Of a DNA stretch of 64,000 nucleotides, positions 38,595 to 47,694 are shown one piece after another. The notes under the pieces are model-generated. The model did not search any database and had not been told where the DNA came from. It worked only from the letters and a program-made list of their open reading frames with translations. The stretch comes from Candidatus Poseidoniaceae archaeon (GTDB lineage Archaea > Thermoplasmatota > Poseidoniia > Poseidoniales > Poseidoniaceae): contig CASIBX010000017.1 of the NCBI GenBank assembly GCA_949373075.1, positions 628 through 64,627 of the forward strand. Reading direction: 5' to 3'. The translations under genes were made by a program, and so were the position numbers. Position 1 is the stretch's first letter. The number at the start of each line of letters is the position of its first letter.

Positions 38595-41534
38595 ATGAAG
38601 GCAAGGGCAGGTCTGCTAATTCTTCTTTTTTTGACATCACTCATTCCAATTGTGAATGCTGATGAATCTAACTCAGTGGCCATAAATGTCGATTGGACAG
38701 GCGGCCACGCATACATTATCACAGGTGATGTGAATCTTTCAGAGATAAGTGTAAACCATTTGCACGACGGTTTGGAACTTGATACCGGAGTTATCTATGA
38801 CACAACAGGAGATAACCTTCGAATTATTCTCAATACCACTTTATCTCATGGTGATACAATCACTGTAAATGCAGGAGAGGTTTCACGAGCGGTTACTGTG
38901 GGTATTTGGGGTCAGCCATTAGCTGACCACGAAGTGACCCTTGATTCTAATTGGGAGATGGATCAGCAGTGGGAAAATGAAAACGGCTCACAAAAATACA
39001 TCTTAGTATTCAATGGCCAAGGTTGGCAACAAAGAATTGGCGACACACTTGACTCTTGGGAGATGGGGAACGGCACTCTGACCGTTCTTTCCAACACTGC
39101 CGAAAATGGTCTATCTCTGATGTTAGATTTAGATTCGGTTTGGAAAAATGAAACAACAGTCAATGGAATTATGACTGGCCAAGTATTCGATGCTAGAGGA
39201 AGTGGAGTTATCGGACTTAATGATGAGACTGAAGGCGCAGTTGATATTCAGGGTGTGGTCAGTGACGCATGGATAAACCGGTCCATGGTGAATGGTATTG
39301 TAGATGAGAGATTTAGATTAGAAGCCAATGGGTCAATCTCAATTCTTTCCGATGATGATGATGAGAGGATGGACCTCTCAGGAGAATTAGCAGTACTGCT
39401 AATCGAAACATGGGATTCAAACGGTACTAGGCGACTTTCACATACTCAGTTTGAAGCTACAGCAGACTTAATTTTGGATACAAACGATAGCAGAATGGAT
39501 ATTTCCTTAGACACTTTTGAATCCATAGAAAGATGGGAAGATGGAGAGAGAGTTGACCAGATGAGTAAGATGGTAGGACATGGTACGTTTGGTTTCTCAG
39601 GAGAGGATGAAAATGCCAGTGTTCAGATAAATGGTACAATCTATGATTTCCACCAAGAGCAAGAAGATGGTTTGGTAACGGTCGACAACTTACATGTTGA
39701 TGGATTGATTACAGGAGATGCTCAAGGTAACTTTGGTGTAGTAAGGACCATTGAAGACTCCACAATGCAGGCTAACGATACTGGAGTAATGTATGATGTC
39801 ATTATCGTTCACCAAGAAGATTGGTTCAATCTTACTGGAATTTCCGCACTTCCTAATTCAGACTTAGGCGCAGGGGCCCACCACAATGAATCTTGGTCAT
39901 ATGATTCTAAAGAAGCGCATTGGGATAACCGTACAATTCGGACAGTTTGGAGCCAAACAGGGCCTGACCCAAGTAGCGGTGATGAGATTCATACTAATTC
40001 CCCATTACAAAACCAGTTAGAGGCTCCAACGGTTGAAGAAGGCCTTGGTGATGTAACTATTAGTCGAGAATCAGGATTTGCTCCAACAGATGCTGCAACT
40101 GGTGATGTTTTTACTCTTGACCATCAAGAAGGTATGGCACTAACTGTTACAGCAGGAGAGGCACAGATTGTTGCAATGGATGGTCACATGGTCGATACTG
40201 TTGTTTGGTCTGGAGTTTATTCAACCGATGTAAGTGGAATTGCTTCTGGTAATTTGATTATTGATGGTCCTCTATCCGGTTTGAATGTTCAAATCAATAG
40301 AGCATTCCAAGTCGAATTCGGAGAAGATGGACAAATGGTTAATCTGACAGAGAATCAATCTGTCAACAGAGTTTTGTCACCTTCGATTATTTCAGTTCAC
40401 GATAATAACGCTCCAAGTATAGATTTGATCACTCTAGCACAGGGCGTGGTTACTGGAGAAAACGGAGCACCTGGATTCATAGAAGTAACGGTTTCAGATA
40501 TCGATTTCAATATAGACTCAGTAATCGCAGATACTTCTGCAATAGGTGGTACTTTCATTATTCTAAATGACAAGGGGCTTTCAGGGGACAGGGTTATCGG
40601 CGATGATATCTGGACTGCCGAAATAGCTGTGCCGGGGCTTGAGTTTGGAGACCTTCCCATCAATGTAACAGTGACTGATGTGTTCGAGGCATCAGATACA
40701 AATTCGACAAATATAACCGTTCTTAATCAACCACCAAGGTTGACATCGATTGAAATTGTACCTTCGATAATTTCTCGTGGTGAAATTATGATAATCAATG
40801 CAGAAGTTTACGATGGTCATGGCGTATCGTCGGTTTCAGTTGATATGCGAGATTACGGGGGAGAACTTTCGCAATTGAATAAAATTGGAGATATTTGGGC
40901 AGGGCAAGTTCTAGTTCCAGATGGAATGAGTCCCGGTGAACGAAATCTAGCGATCAGAATGGTTGATGCTTTTGAATCAACAATAACGGTTGATAGAACA
41001 ATAACTTCCGGTCTTTACCACATACAGTCAGAGAATGATGAAGATATTACTGTCACAGTTCTTAATGAGCCTCCGCAAATCGATATTGGAGACTTACGCA
41101 AGATTGAGTTAGGCGATGAAGATGTTGAATATAACTTAACAATAACAGTGGCAGACCATGATGGTCTTAATTGGGTTAAAGTGAGGTTAGGAAACCTTGC
41201 GCCTCCTGGCCAATCTACAACATGGTATACAATGTCTGCCAATGGGGATGGAACTTACTCTAAGCAAATCACAATAAAGAAATACATAGCACTTGGCACT
41301 CATGAACTACTTGTGAAAGCTATGGATTCCTATGGTTCTCAAACCGCTGAAGAATCAATCCCTATCATATTGGAGGGACCAGATAACCCGGTTTCCTCTG
41401 ACGGGCCTTCTAGCAGTACGCTCACTTATGTTGCATTAGGCGGCTTAGGAATACTCGTGATTGCAGGTGCTGCAGTTTATATCATGCGTGGGTCTGATGA
41501 AGAAGGTGGCCTAGGTGGCTTTGGGGACGCTTGA
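38595..41534 (+). CDS. large secreted, C-terminally anchored surface protein with tandem Ig-like repeats
   Basis: A signal peptide (MKARAGLLILLFLTSLIPIVNA) and many N-x-S/T sequons are present. Three ~100-aa repeats lie near the C-terminus. A C-terminal TM helix is followed by a short tail. Confidence 0.7.
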   Translation: MKARAGLLILLFLTSLIPIVNADESNSVAINVDWTGGHAYIITGDVNLSEISVNHLHDGLELDTGVIYDTTGDNLRIILNTTLSHGDTITVNAGEVSRAVTVGIWGQPLADHEVTLDSNWEMDQQWENENGSQKYILVFNGQGWQQRIGDTLDSWEMGNGTLTVLSNTAENGLSLMLDLDSVWKNETTVNGIMTGQVFDARGSGVIGLNDETEGAVDIQGVVSDAWINRSMVNGIVDERFRLEANGSISILSDDDDERMDLSGELAVLLIETWDSNGTRRLSHTQFEATADLILDTNDSRMDISLDTFESIERWEDGERVDQMSKMVGHGTFGFSGEDENASVQINGTIYDFHQEQEDGLVTVDNLHVDGLITGDAQGNFGVVRTIEDSTMQANDTGVMYDVIIVHQEDWFNLTGISALPNSDLGAGAHHNESWSYDSKEAHWDNRTIRTVWSQTGPDPSSGDEIHTNSPLQNQLEAPTVEEGLGDVTISRESGFAPTDAATGDVFTLDHQEGMALTVTAGEAQIVAMDGHMVDTVVWSGVYSTDVSGIASGNLIIDGPLSGLNVQINRAFQVEFGEDGQMVNLTENQSVNRVLSPSIISVHDNNAPSIDLITLAQGVVTGENGAPGFIEVTVSDIDFNIDSVIADTSAIGGTFIILNDKGLSGDRVIGDDIWTAEIAVPGLEFGDLPINVTVTDVFEASDTNSTNITVLNQPPRLTSIEIVPSIISRGEIMIINAEVYDGHGVSSVSVDMRDYGGELSQLNKIGDIWAGQVLVPDGMSPGERNLAIRMVDAFESTITVDRTITSGLYHIQSENDEDITVTVLNEPPQIDIGDLRKIELGDEDVEYNLTITVADHDGLNWVKVRLGNLAPPGQSTTWYTMSANGDGTYSKQITIKKYIALGTHELLVKAMDSYGSQTAEESIPIILEGPDNPVSSDGPSSSTLTYVALGGLGILVIAGAAVYIMRGSDEEGGLGGFGDA
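40473..41380 (+). repeat. three tandem ~100-aa Ig-like modules inside the surface protein
   Basis: Module boundaries are marked by ITVLNQPP (about nt 40720) and ITVTVLNEPP (about nt 41050). Each module has a V.D..G...V.V....G....L...GD.W pattern. The coordinates are approximate. Confidence 0.35.
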
Positions 41535-41562
41535 GAGTCTTATTTTCTGTAATCGATAACGG

Positions 41563-41568
41563 TTTATA
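41563..41568 (+). promoter_or_regulatory. TATA-box-like element (TTTATA) upstream of tRNA-Gly
   Basis: TTTATA is centred about 30 nt upstream of the first tRNA nucleotide. This spacing is compatible with an archaeal TATA box at about -26 and a short leader. Confidence 0.4.
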
Positions 41569-41595
41569 CCTCCGTCCAATCCGATGGTTACACTT

Positions 41596-41670
41596 GCGAG
41601 AGTAGTGTAGTGGTTATCACCGAGCGTTGCCAACGCTTGAACCCGGGTTCGAGTCCCGGCTCTCGCACCA
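41596..41670 (+). tRNA. tRNA-Gly (anticodon GCC), genomically encoded CCA
   Basis: The cloverleaf was folded by hand. Acceptor stem GCGAGAG/CTCTCGC. Anticodon stem GAGCG/CGCTT with loop TT-GCC-AA. T arm CCGGG-TTCGAGT-CCCGG. Discriminator A followed by CCA. No intron. Confidence 0.9.
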
Positions 41671-41684
41671 CCTAATTACCAATA

Positions 41685-42119
41685 TCAAGTAGTATTGAGT
41701 ATGGTTGGTCCGACAATTTTAGCATCTTCGGGTCCCGACACACTGAATGCCAGAATGCAGTGCTGCGAGCAAATACCGACACCGTTTTCATAAATAACAA
41801 GTATTTCCCCAATCTCCCACAGGGAATCATCAGAGCCTGATGCCTGAACTACTGTACAGTTCCCTGTCGTACCGGTTGTAGCACATTTATGTGAGCCAGA
41901 ATCTCTCTCAATTATTACTACCAGATCTGAAAAATCCATGTCGATTCCGCCTTGGTCATCAAGAGTGATTGTAAACAGTGCATCCGAGGTGCCATCAGAG
42001 TTAGAACCATCTTGGGGGTCACTAACTGAGTAGTAGTATTCCTCGCTCTCACTAAAGCAACCTGGGCTAGAAATAGAAAAAATCAGAACCATACCTAGCA
42101 CAAACCAATCCCTGCCCAT
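41685..42119 (-). CDS. small secreted/lipoprotein-like Cys-containing protein
   Basis: The N-terminal hydrophobic segment ends SSPGC. The C-terminal motif HKC-x8-C...LWEIGEILVIYENGVGICSQHC is shared with the partial ORF at 63789..64000. Confidence 0.55.
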   Translation of the reverse strand: MGRDWFVLGMVLIFSISSPGCFSESEEYYYSVSDPQDGSNSDGTSDALFTITLDDQGGIDMDFSDLVVIIERDSGSHKCATTGTTGNCTVVQASGSDDSLWEIGEILVIYENGVGICSQHCILAFSVSGPEDAKIVGPTILNTT

Positions 42120-42255
42120 GTATTTGCGTCATAGTTAACTCATTTTAACTAATTTGAATATAGTTGACCCTGAGAGTTAATCCATCCCGCCTAAACAAGT
42201 GCCACATTTTCTTTGTAGGCGGCAAATTCTTAGCCTAGAATTAGCGGAAAAAATT

Positions 42256-42681
42256 ATGGAAGAAAGTGATGAAGGTCCTGTTATTGGCTTATCTGGAATA
42301 ATGAAATTAACTGGTCTATTACCAATAATGCTTGGAGCAGCATTTCTTTTATCACCAAAAACAGCAATAGCAGTTGGTCCCCAACTCACTGAGTATGGGA
42401 TATTTGTGAGTATGTATGTGGGTGTTTTTGCAATTTTCCTCGGGTCTGCACAATGGCTCGTCTCGATTTATGTCAAGGAAAACCTACACGTTTTCGGACG
42501 CTTCTTTGCATTCGGTCTCGTATCGACCGTATTATTGGAGATTTATGGTTGGACATCTGGGCTTATTGAATTTGAATTTAAGTTCTTATTCGCCACCATG
42601 ATCCCCGTTTCCGCAAGTTTTGTTTTATTGATGTATTCATTTAATCCTGAACAATCGAAACCGTTGGATGCCGAGAATTAA
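42256..42681 (+). CDS. small multi-TM membrane protein
   Basis: About 4 hydrophobic helices. The in-frame ATG at 42256 is preferred over the tracked GTG at 42199. Confidence 0.45.
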   Translation: MEESDEGPVIGLSGIMKLTGLLPIMLGAAFLLSPKTAIAVGPQLTEYGIFVSMYVGVFAIFLGSAQWLVSIYVKENLHVFGRFFAFGLVSTVLLEIYGWTSGLIEFEFKFLFATMIPVSASFVLLMYSFNPEQSKPLDAEN

Positions 42682-42714
42682 TCTCTAAATCACCAGTGGT
42701 TTAGAGAAACGGTC

Positions 42715-43077
42715 CTATGAACCGAGATTTTTGATATGGTTTTCAATTGTCTCAGCACAAGCTTCGAAGACTTCGAGTGATTGACCTACAGGGTCTTCTA
42801 GATTCCAATCCTGATCTATTCTAATCAGGGGGCAACTAACTCCACATCCCATCGATATTACCATGTCATAAGATTGCCAATCTATATCATCGACTAGTTT
42901 AGGGTGAAGTCCCTGTGTACTAATTCCCTTGGATTCTAAGACCTTCAACGCGTTGACGCTAACACTGCTTGCAGGATGAGTTCCCGCACTTGCAGCATCA
43001 TGGCCCAGGCTTCTAGCAATACCCTCTGCCATTTGTGACCGACAGGAGTTTCCAACACATACGAAGAGTAGGCGCAT
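42715..43077 (-). CDS. arsC: LMW phosphotyrosine phosphatase family protein, arsenate reductase (ArsC)-like
   Basis: The CX5R P-loop (LLFVCVGNSCRSQMAEG) and a downstream GCGVSCP cysteine pair typical of thioredoxin-coupled ArsC are present. The start is set at MRLLFVC. Confidence 0.65.
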   Translation of the reverse strand: MRLLFVCVGNSCRSQMAEGIARSLGHDAASAGTHPASSVSVNALKVLESKGISTQGLHPKLVDDIDWQSYDMVISMGCGVSCPLIRIDQDWNLEDPVGQSLEVFEACAETIENHIKNLGS

Positions 43078-43130
43078 GACAGGCTGTGAGCAGAAGAGAC
43101 ATATGAACCAATGGCATGTAGCCTCAATAG

Positions 43131-43469
43131 ATGTGGAGGCCAATATTGATTTATTCCGCGGTATTCACCGTTCTATTTGTTAGTCACATCATAGCAGCAG
43201 CAAAAGATTTACAACTAATTTTCCAAGTGATTGCAGCCTTGATAACAATTCAAACATTATTTGCAGGTTTAATTCTTCATTTACTCAGGGGAAATATTCT
43301 GCACGTTAGAGGTCCAGTCGTTGTTTTAAGCGCTGGTTTGGGATGGGCATATGCTGGTATGGAGGCTAGTTGGAATATACTACTGTGGGTGGTCTCGGCT
43401 ATCATGATACACATTCTAACTGAAAGAGGTTTGAAGTATGTCACACCCGTCGATGCAACTGATGGCTGA
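43131..43469 (+). CDS. possible small membrane protein (3 TM)
   Basis: The ORF is hydrophobic. It overlaps the Mrp gene start by 32 nt. No homology was recognised. Confidence 0.35.
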   Translation: MWRPILIYSAVFTVLFVSHIIAAAKDLQLIFQVIAALITIQTLFAGLILHLLRGNILHVRGPVVVLSAGLGWAYAGMEASWNILLWVVSAIMIHILTERGLKYVTPVDATDG

Positions 43470-44463
43470 CTCTCCTGTGAAGGTTAACAACCCCGGCGCT
43501 CCCGAACCTGCATCTCCTGAAGATCAGAAAAAGATGGAAGCAGCGTACACTCAGATGAAACGCAAGATGGCAATATCTGAGATGGGTAAGACGATTAAAC
43601 ACAAAATTATGGTGCTATCTGGCAAAGGTGGAGTCGGTAAATCGACTGTCGCCACTGGACTCGCACTTTCACTGGCCCAAAAAGGTCTCAAAGTTGGATT
43701 ACTCGATATCGACATAACCGGTCCGAATGTACCTAAGATGATGGGATTGGACGGCAGGCGTTTGAATGTAGAGGGTGGAAGAATCCATCCTGCCGAAGGA
43801 CACCTTGGAGTAAAAGTCATCTCGATGGCTTTTTTGTTGGAAGATGAAGATTCACCCGTTGTTTGGAGAGGTCCAATTAAACTGGGGGCAATTCAACAAT
43901 TCATTGGTGATGTTGAATGGGGAGCATTAGACTACCTAATTATCGACTTCCCGCCTGGAACTTCTGATGAGCCCCTAACAGTTGCTCAAAACTTACCAGA
44001 TATTGACGGGATGGTAATTGTGACAACTCCACAAGACGTCGCTTTATTAGATTCGAGGAAATCGATTACCTTCGCTAATTCGCTAAAGGTCGCCGTCATA
44101 GGCGTAGTCGAGAATATGAGCGGTTATACCATACGAGGTAAAGCGCCTGCTGGAACAGCAATCGAGCTTGCAGCACCAGGTGGTAAAACACTCAAACTTA
44201 CTACAGATGAAAATGGAGAATGGGCAGGAACTCTAGATATCTTCAAAGCAGGCGGCGGCGAAAGAACCGCTAATGATTTTGGTGTACCATTTTTGGGTAA
44301 ATTACCATTTGACCCAGGGTTTGTACGCGGTGGCGATGATGGTGTTCATCGCATTGTGTCTGAACCAGAGGGAGAATCGTCTCTGGCATTCGCCAAAGTA
44401 GTTACAGAAATTCAAGACATTGTCGAATCGGCTTCAAACAGTTCAGGCTTGGAAATAATCTGA
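43438..44463 (+). CDS. Mrp/NBP35/ApbC-family P-loop ATPase lacking the canonical CxxC, with a ~35-aa insertion
   Basis: The deviant Walker A motif VLSGKGGVGKST is present. VENMSGYTIRGKAPAGTAIELAAPGGKTLKLTTDENGEWAGTLDIFKAGGGE replaces the usual ENMS..C..C....FG.GGG segment. An AGAGGT Shine-Dalgarno motif lies upstream. Confidence 0.85.
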   Translation: MSHPSMQLMADSPVKVNNPGAPEPASPEDQKKMEAAYTQMKRKMAISEMGKTIKHKIMVLSGKGGVGKSTVATGLALSLAQKGLKVGLLDIDITGPNVPKMMGLDGRRLNVEGGRIHPAEGHLGVKVISMAFLLEDEDSPVVWRGPIKLGAIQQFIGDVEWGALDYLIIDFPPGTSDEPLTVAQNLPDIDGMVIVTTPQDVALLDSRKSITFANSLKVAVIGVVENMSGYTIRGKAPAGTAIELAAPGGKTLKLTTDENGEWAGTLDIFKAGGGERTANDFGVPFLGKLPFDPGFVRGGDDGVHRIVSEPEGESSLAFAKVVTEIQDIVESASNSSGLEII

Positions 44464-44473
44464 GGTTTTTACT

Positions 44474-44821
44474 ATGGATATTCCTGAACTAAATCGCTTA
44501 GAGCGCAGAGAATTCGATATGCATCTAACATGGTCGGATGGGACGGAACACGAGGTCACCTATGATGACTTGCGGCATGCTTGTCCTTGTGCAAAATGTG
44601 CCCCTCAACGTAATGATGATGAATCTTCTAAGATTCTTCGCCGTAATGTTGAGAAATTACCCCGTGAGAAACCAACTGTTCGCCCAGTAGGACATTATGC
44701 ATTATCTTTTGACTGGAATGCGGGGTGTTCTTCTGGAATCCATCGTTTCGAGAGAATATGGCGCCTTGGAGAGAAACTTGACCCTGATAATGGCAAAGGC
44801 TACGTCCACGGGGCATGGTGA
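44474..44821 (+). CDS. DUF971 domain protein
   Basis: LRHACPCAKC and the ...SFDWNAGCSSGIHRFERIW pattern are present in a ~115-aa protein. The gene lies 10 nt downstream of the Mrp gene and has a GAGGT Shine-Dalgarno motif. Confidence 0.7.
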   Translation: MDIPELNRLERREFDMHLTWSDGTEHEVTYDDLRHACPCAKCAPQRNDDESSKILRRNVEKLPREKPTVRPVGHYALSFDWNAGCSSGIHRFERIWRLGEKLDPDNGKGYVHGAW

Positions 44822-44899
44822 AACGACCTGTAAGGTCGTATTTGTCGTAGTAACGCACTTGTATGCCATTCACTCACGACATCAATTGGAGGTCTTGCT

Positions 44900-46984
44900 G
44901 TGGACGGAGTATATCTGACTTGGTTGATATCAGCATTGGCTATTGGTGTGCTGTTAATGCCAATTGTAAAGCCACCTTGGGCAAAGGTAACTTCGCACGG
45001 TTTTATTGACTTTTTACGAAGATATTGGTTACATATCGGAATTGTATTATTAATTTACAATGCTAAGGACTTCCTTGATGAAGTCGATAGGATACTAATG
45101 GCCAATACAGATGGAATGTTGAACATGACTCCGTGGATTTATGCTATTGAAGGCGACATGGCATTGTGGGTCCAAGAAACGTTCATGTCAGATTGGCTAA
45201 CTGCTTTCATGACCCACTTTTACGTGGTAGGATTCATGGTCATCTGCTATGTTTCAATCTTTTACTTCGCTTACTTCGATGACCGATATATGGCAGATAG
45301 AATTAGTTTGACTATCTTCTGGGTTTACATCCTAGCAATCCCGTTTTATTTATTCTTCAATGTTCACGTTACTGGCAATTATATTCCCGGAATGCAAACT
45401 CTCGCATATGACCACACTCCCGAAATCAATGATTGGTTCCATAGAATCGATCCTTTGACAAATGGAATGCCAAGTTTGCATATTGGTTTCCCATTCGCAG
45501 TTTGGCTATGTCTACTTCGCTTTGATTCTGATGGACGATGGACCATCTACCGTAGAATTGTATTTGTGTATGTATTACTCACAGCATTTTGCATACTATA
45601 CCTTGGTATTCATTGGTTCATGGATATCATCGGCGGCATGATTGTTGCAGCAATAGCAGTTCACTTAGCTAACAAAGTTGCAGATCCGATGTGGCGTATT
45701 TTGGACGAGAGGACGATAAACGCTCGGTTAGCAACATTACTGACTAATCCAAAACGTGCATTTGGGGTAATAAAGAGCAATATTACAGAAGTTTTCTCAA
45801 GATATATCCGGCCTACTAGCAAGGAGACTAGTGTCATGTTGACTGTTGTCATGATAGCAGTTGCTGGAGTCATAACCTGGGATTTAACTCACCAATCATT
45901 CCCTGCTGGAGGCGTTGATGCTCCGGTAGGCGTAGCTGCGGCAGATGGTTGGCTAGTTACTTTGGATGACAGAGGTGAAGCAGCATTAGTTGTGGTTCAC
46001 GATTTGTCAGACTTGGATTATGAGATAGACGTAGTTCAACCAGTTTTAGATTCTAATTCAACCTATGATATTAGAGATGGTATGCTCCTAATGGCAAACT
46101 CTACTCAGATTATGCTTGTAGATCTTAATTCTCCCGGGGAAATAAAAACTACATTTTCAGTAGACAATCCCAGTAAGGTTAGCTTTGTTTCTGATGATAG
46201 ATTTGCGATTGTAGAAAATGGACAGGTAAAGTACTGGTCATTCGAAGGCTTAGAGTTAGATGGTCCAACAGCAACAGAAAACGATTCAGTTTGGTTATTC
46301 GAATCAAGCGATGACCTGATTGCGCTCGTCTTTACTAGTGACCAGGACACAGTTCACTTAGGGTTGGTCGATGGAGAAGGATTGATTGCGATTAACATCA
46401 ACGCTACTGCTAATCCAATTGAAGATGAGATACTGGAAGATTCAGGGTTTAATGTAGACTTAGAGAATGCTACAATTACCGATATTGCAATTTTTGAAAA
46501 CAAATTAGCGGCTACCATAGATGTCAACGCAACTTCGAGATTAATTCTATTAGACACTACAACTGGAGACAGTCAAATCATTTCAGACCCTAAATATGCA
46601 GCGTACGACCCAAATATGGGTCACGGGATATTGATGTTCTCAGCATATCAAAACATTGACCCAAGTAATGCTTCAGGCAAAGAAACAGATAGGGAGATAA
46701 TGATTCATAATCTGAAATCTAATCTTACAACGCAGTTGACGGCAGACGAGTTAGATCAATGGGGTCCAATGGTTTTGAAGGACCACTTTGTATATCAGCA
46801 ACTTAGTGCCAATGGAGATATTAGTGTTGAAGTACAAGAGAAAGAACCTAAGTTGCAACCATATACTTCGAATATCCTAAAGTTCGGGGTGATTTTAGTG
46901 GTCGCTCTAATATTTATCAACCTCATGCAGAGGCAGTATGAAGCTAACGCGGTTAGCCTCCATGATAGCGAACACGCTTCATGA
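44900..46984 (+). CDS. PAP2-superfamily (IPC/sphingomyelin-synthase-like) membrane domain fused to an extracytoplasmic beta-propeller-like domain
   Basis: The GTG start has GGAGGT 6 nt upstream. Motifs MPSLHIGFP and LGIHWFMDIIGG (H...D) sit in a 6-8 TM domain. About 330 aa of beta-rich repeat-like sequence follow, then a C-terminal TM helix. Confidence 0.6.
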   Translation: MDGVYLTWLISALAIGVLLMPIVKPPWAKVTSHGFIDFLRRYWLHIGIVLLIYNAKDFLDEVDRILMANTDGMLNMTPWIYAIEGDMALWVQETFMSDWLTAFMTHFYVVGFMVICYVSIFYFAYFDDRYMADRISLTIFWVYILAIPFYLFFNVHVTGNYIPGMQTLAYDHTPEINDWFHRIDPLTNGMPSLHIGFPFAVWLCLLRFDSDGRWTIYRRIVFVYVLLTAFCILYLGIHWFMDIIGGMIVAAIAVHLANKVADPMWRILDERTINARLATLLTNPKRAFGVIKSNITEVFSRYIRPTSKETSVMLTVVMIAVAGVITWDLTHQSFPAGGVDAPVGVAAADGWLVTLDDRGEAALVVVHDLSDLDYEIDVVQPVLDSNSTYDIRDGMLLMANSTQIMLVDLNSPGEIKTTFSVDNPSKVSFVSDDRFAIVENGQVKYWSFEGLELDGPTATENDSVWLFESSDDLIALVFTSDQDTVHLGLVDGEGLIAININATANPIEDEILEDSGFNVDLENATITDIAIFENKLAATIDVNATSRLILLDTTTGDSQIISDPKYAAYDPNMGHGILMFSAYQNIDPSNASGKETDREIMIHNLKSNLTTQLTADELDQWGPMVLKDHFVYQQLSANGDISVEVQEKEPKLQPYTSNILKFGVILVVALIFINLMQRQYEANAVSLHDSEHAS

Positions 46985-47630
46985 TTTGCTCTAATCTCTT
47001 GATAATATCAACTGCATCAGGGGGCTGTCCTCCCGGTGCAGGTTGTGGCTTTCCTAGTTCTTCATCGAGTGCAAGATATCCTTCGAGGACCAAGTCCATG
47101 GCATTTTCAACATCAGGATGGCTTGCTCTGAAAATTTCATACAATACGTGGAGGTCGATTCCAAAACCTTCCAATTCATATTCTCTTGATGCTAAACCTA
47201 AGTCGATAAGAACAGCGTCTCCCTCTTCTGTGACCAAGATATTATTTGTTGACAAATCTCCATGATTAACAGCATAGCGATGAAATTCTCTAATCGATTT
47301 ACCAACTTTGAACAGCAGTTTCTCATCATATTCTCCTGCTCTGAGGACTTCAATTAATGGCCGACCTTCGATTTTTTCCATGATAATAACCGACTCATCC
47401 ATGTCAACATCCCATATTGCTGGCACCGGAGCTCCCATTCCTGCTAACCAGATGGTAAGTTTCACTTCATTTGTCATTCTTTTTCGAGTTAAAGTACTAT
47501 CCAGTTCAGGATGCCTCCATGCTCTTAGTCTACGCTTTTTCAGTATAGCGGGGCGCCCGAACCAGGTTCCGGAAATCACTTCCGCTTCAGCCCCTAAATG
47601 GAGCCTTTCCTCACCATTCCACGCTTCCAT
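46953..47630 (-). CDS. bud32: Bud32/PRPK-type kinase (KEOPS subunit)
   Basis: HGDLSTNNILV and LIDLGLA are present in a ~225-aa protein. Its 3' end overlaps the convergent PAP2 gene by 32 nt. Confidence 0.85.
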   Translation of the reverse strand: MEAWNGEERLHLGAEAEVISGTWFGRPAILKKRRLRAWRHPELDSTLTRKRMTNEVKLTIWLAGMGAPVPAIWDVDMDESVIIMEKIEGRPLIEVLRAGEYDEKLLFKVGKSIREFHRYAVNHGDLSTNNILVTEEGDAVLIDLGLASREYELEGFGIDLHVLYEIFRASHPDVENAMDLVLEGYLALDEELGKPQPAPGGQPPDAVDIIKRLEQIMKRVRYHGG

Positions 47631-47694
47631 TGTATTAGCGGGTATAGTGTATGGTTGAAAAAGGAGTGCCTACACCGAATGTCGAGGCACACCT

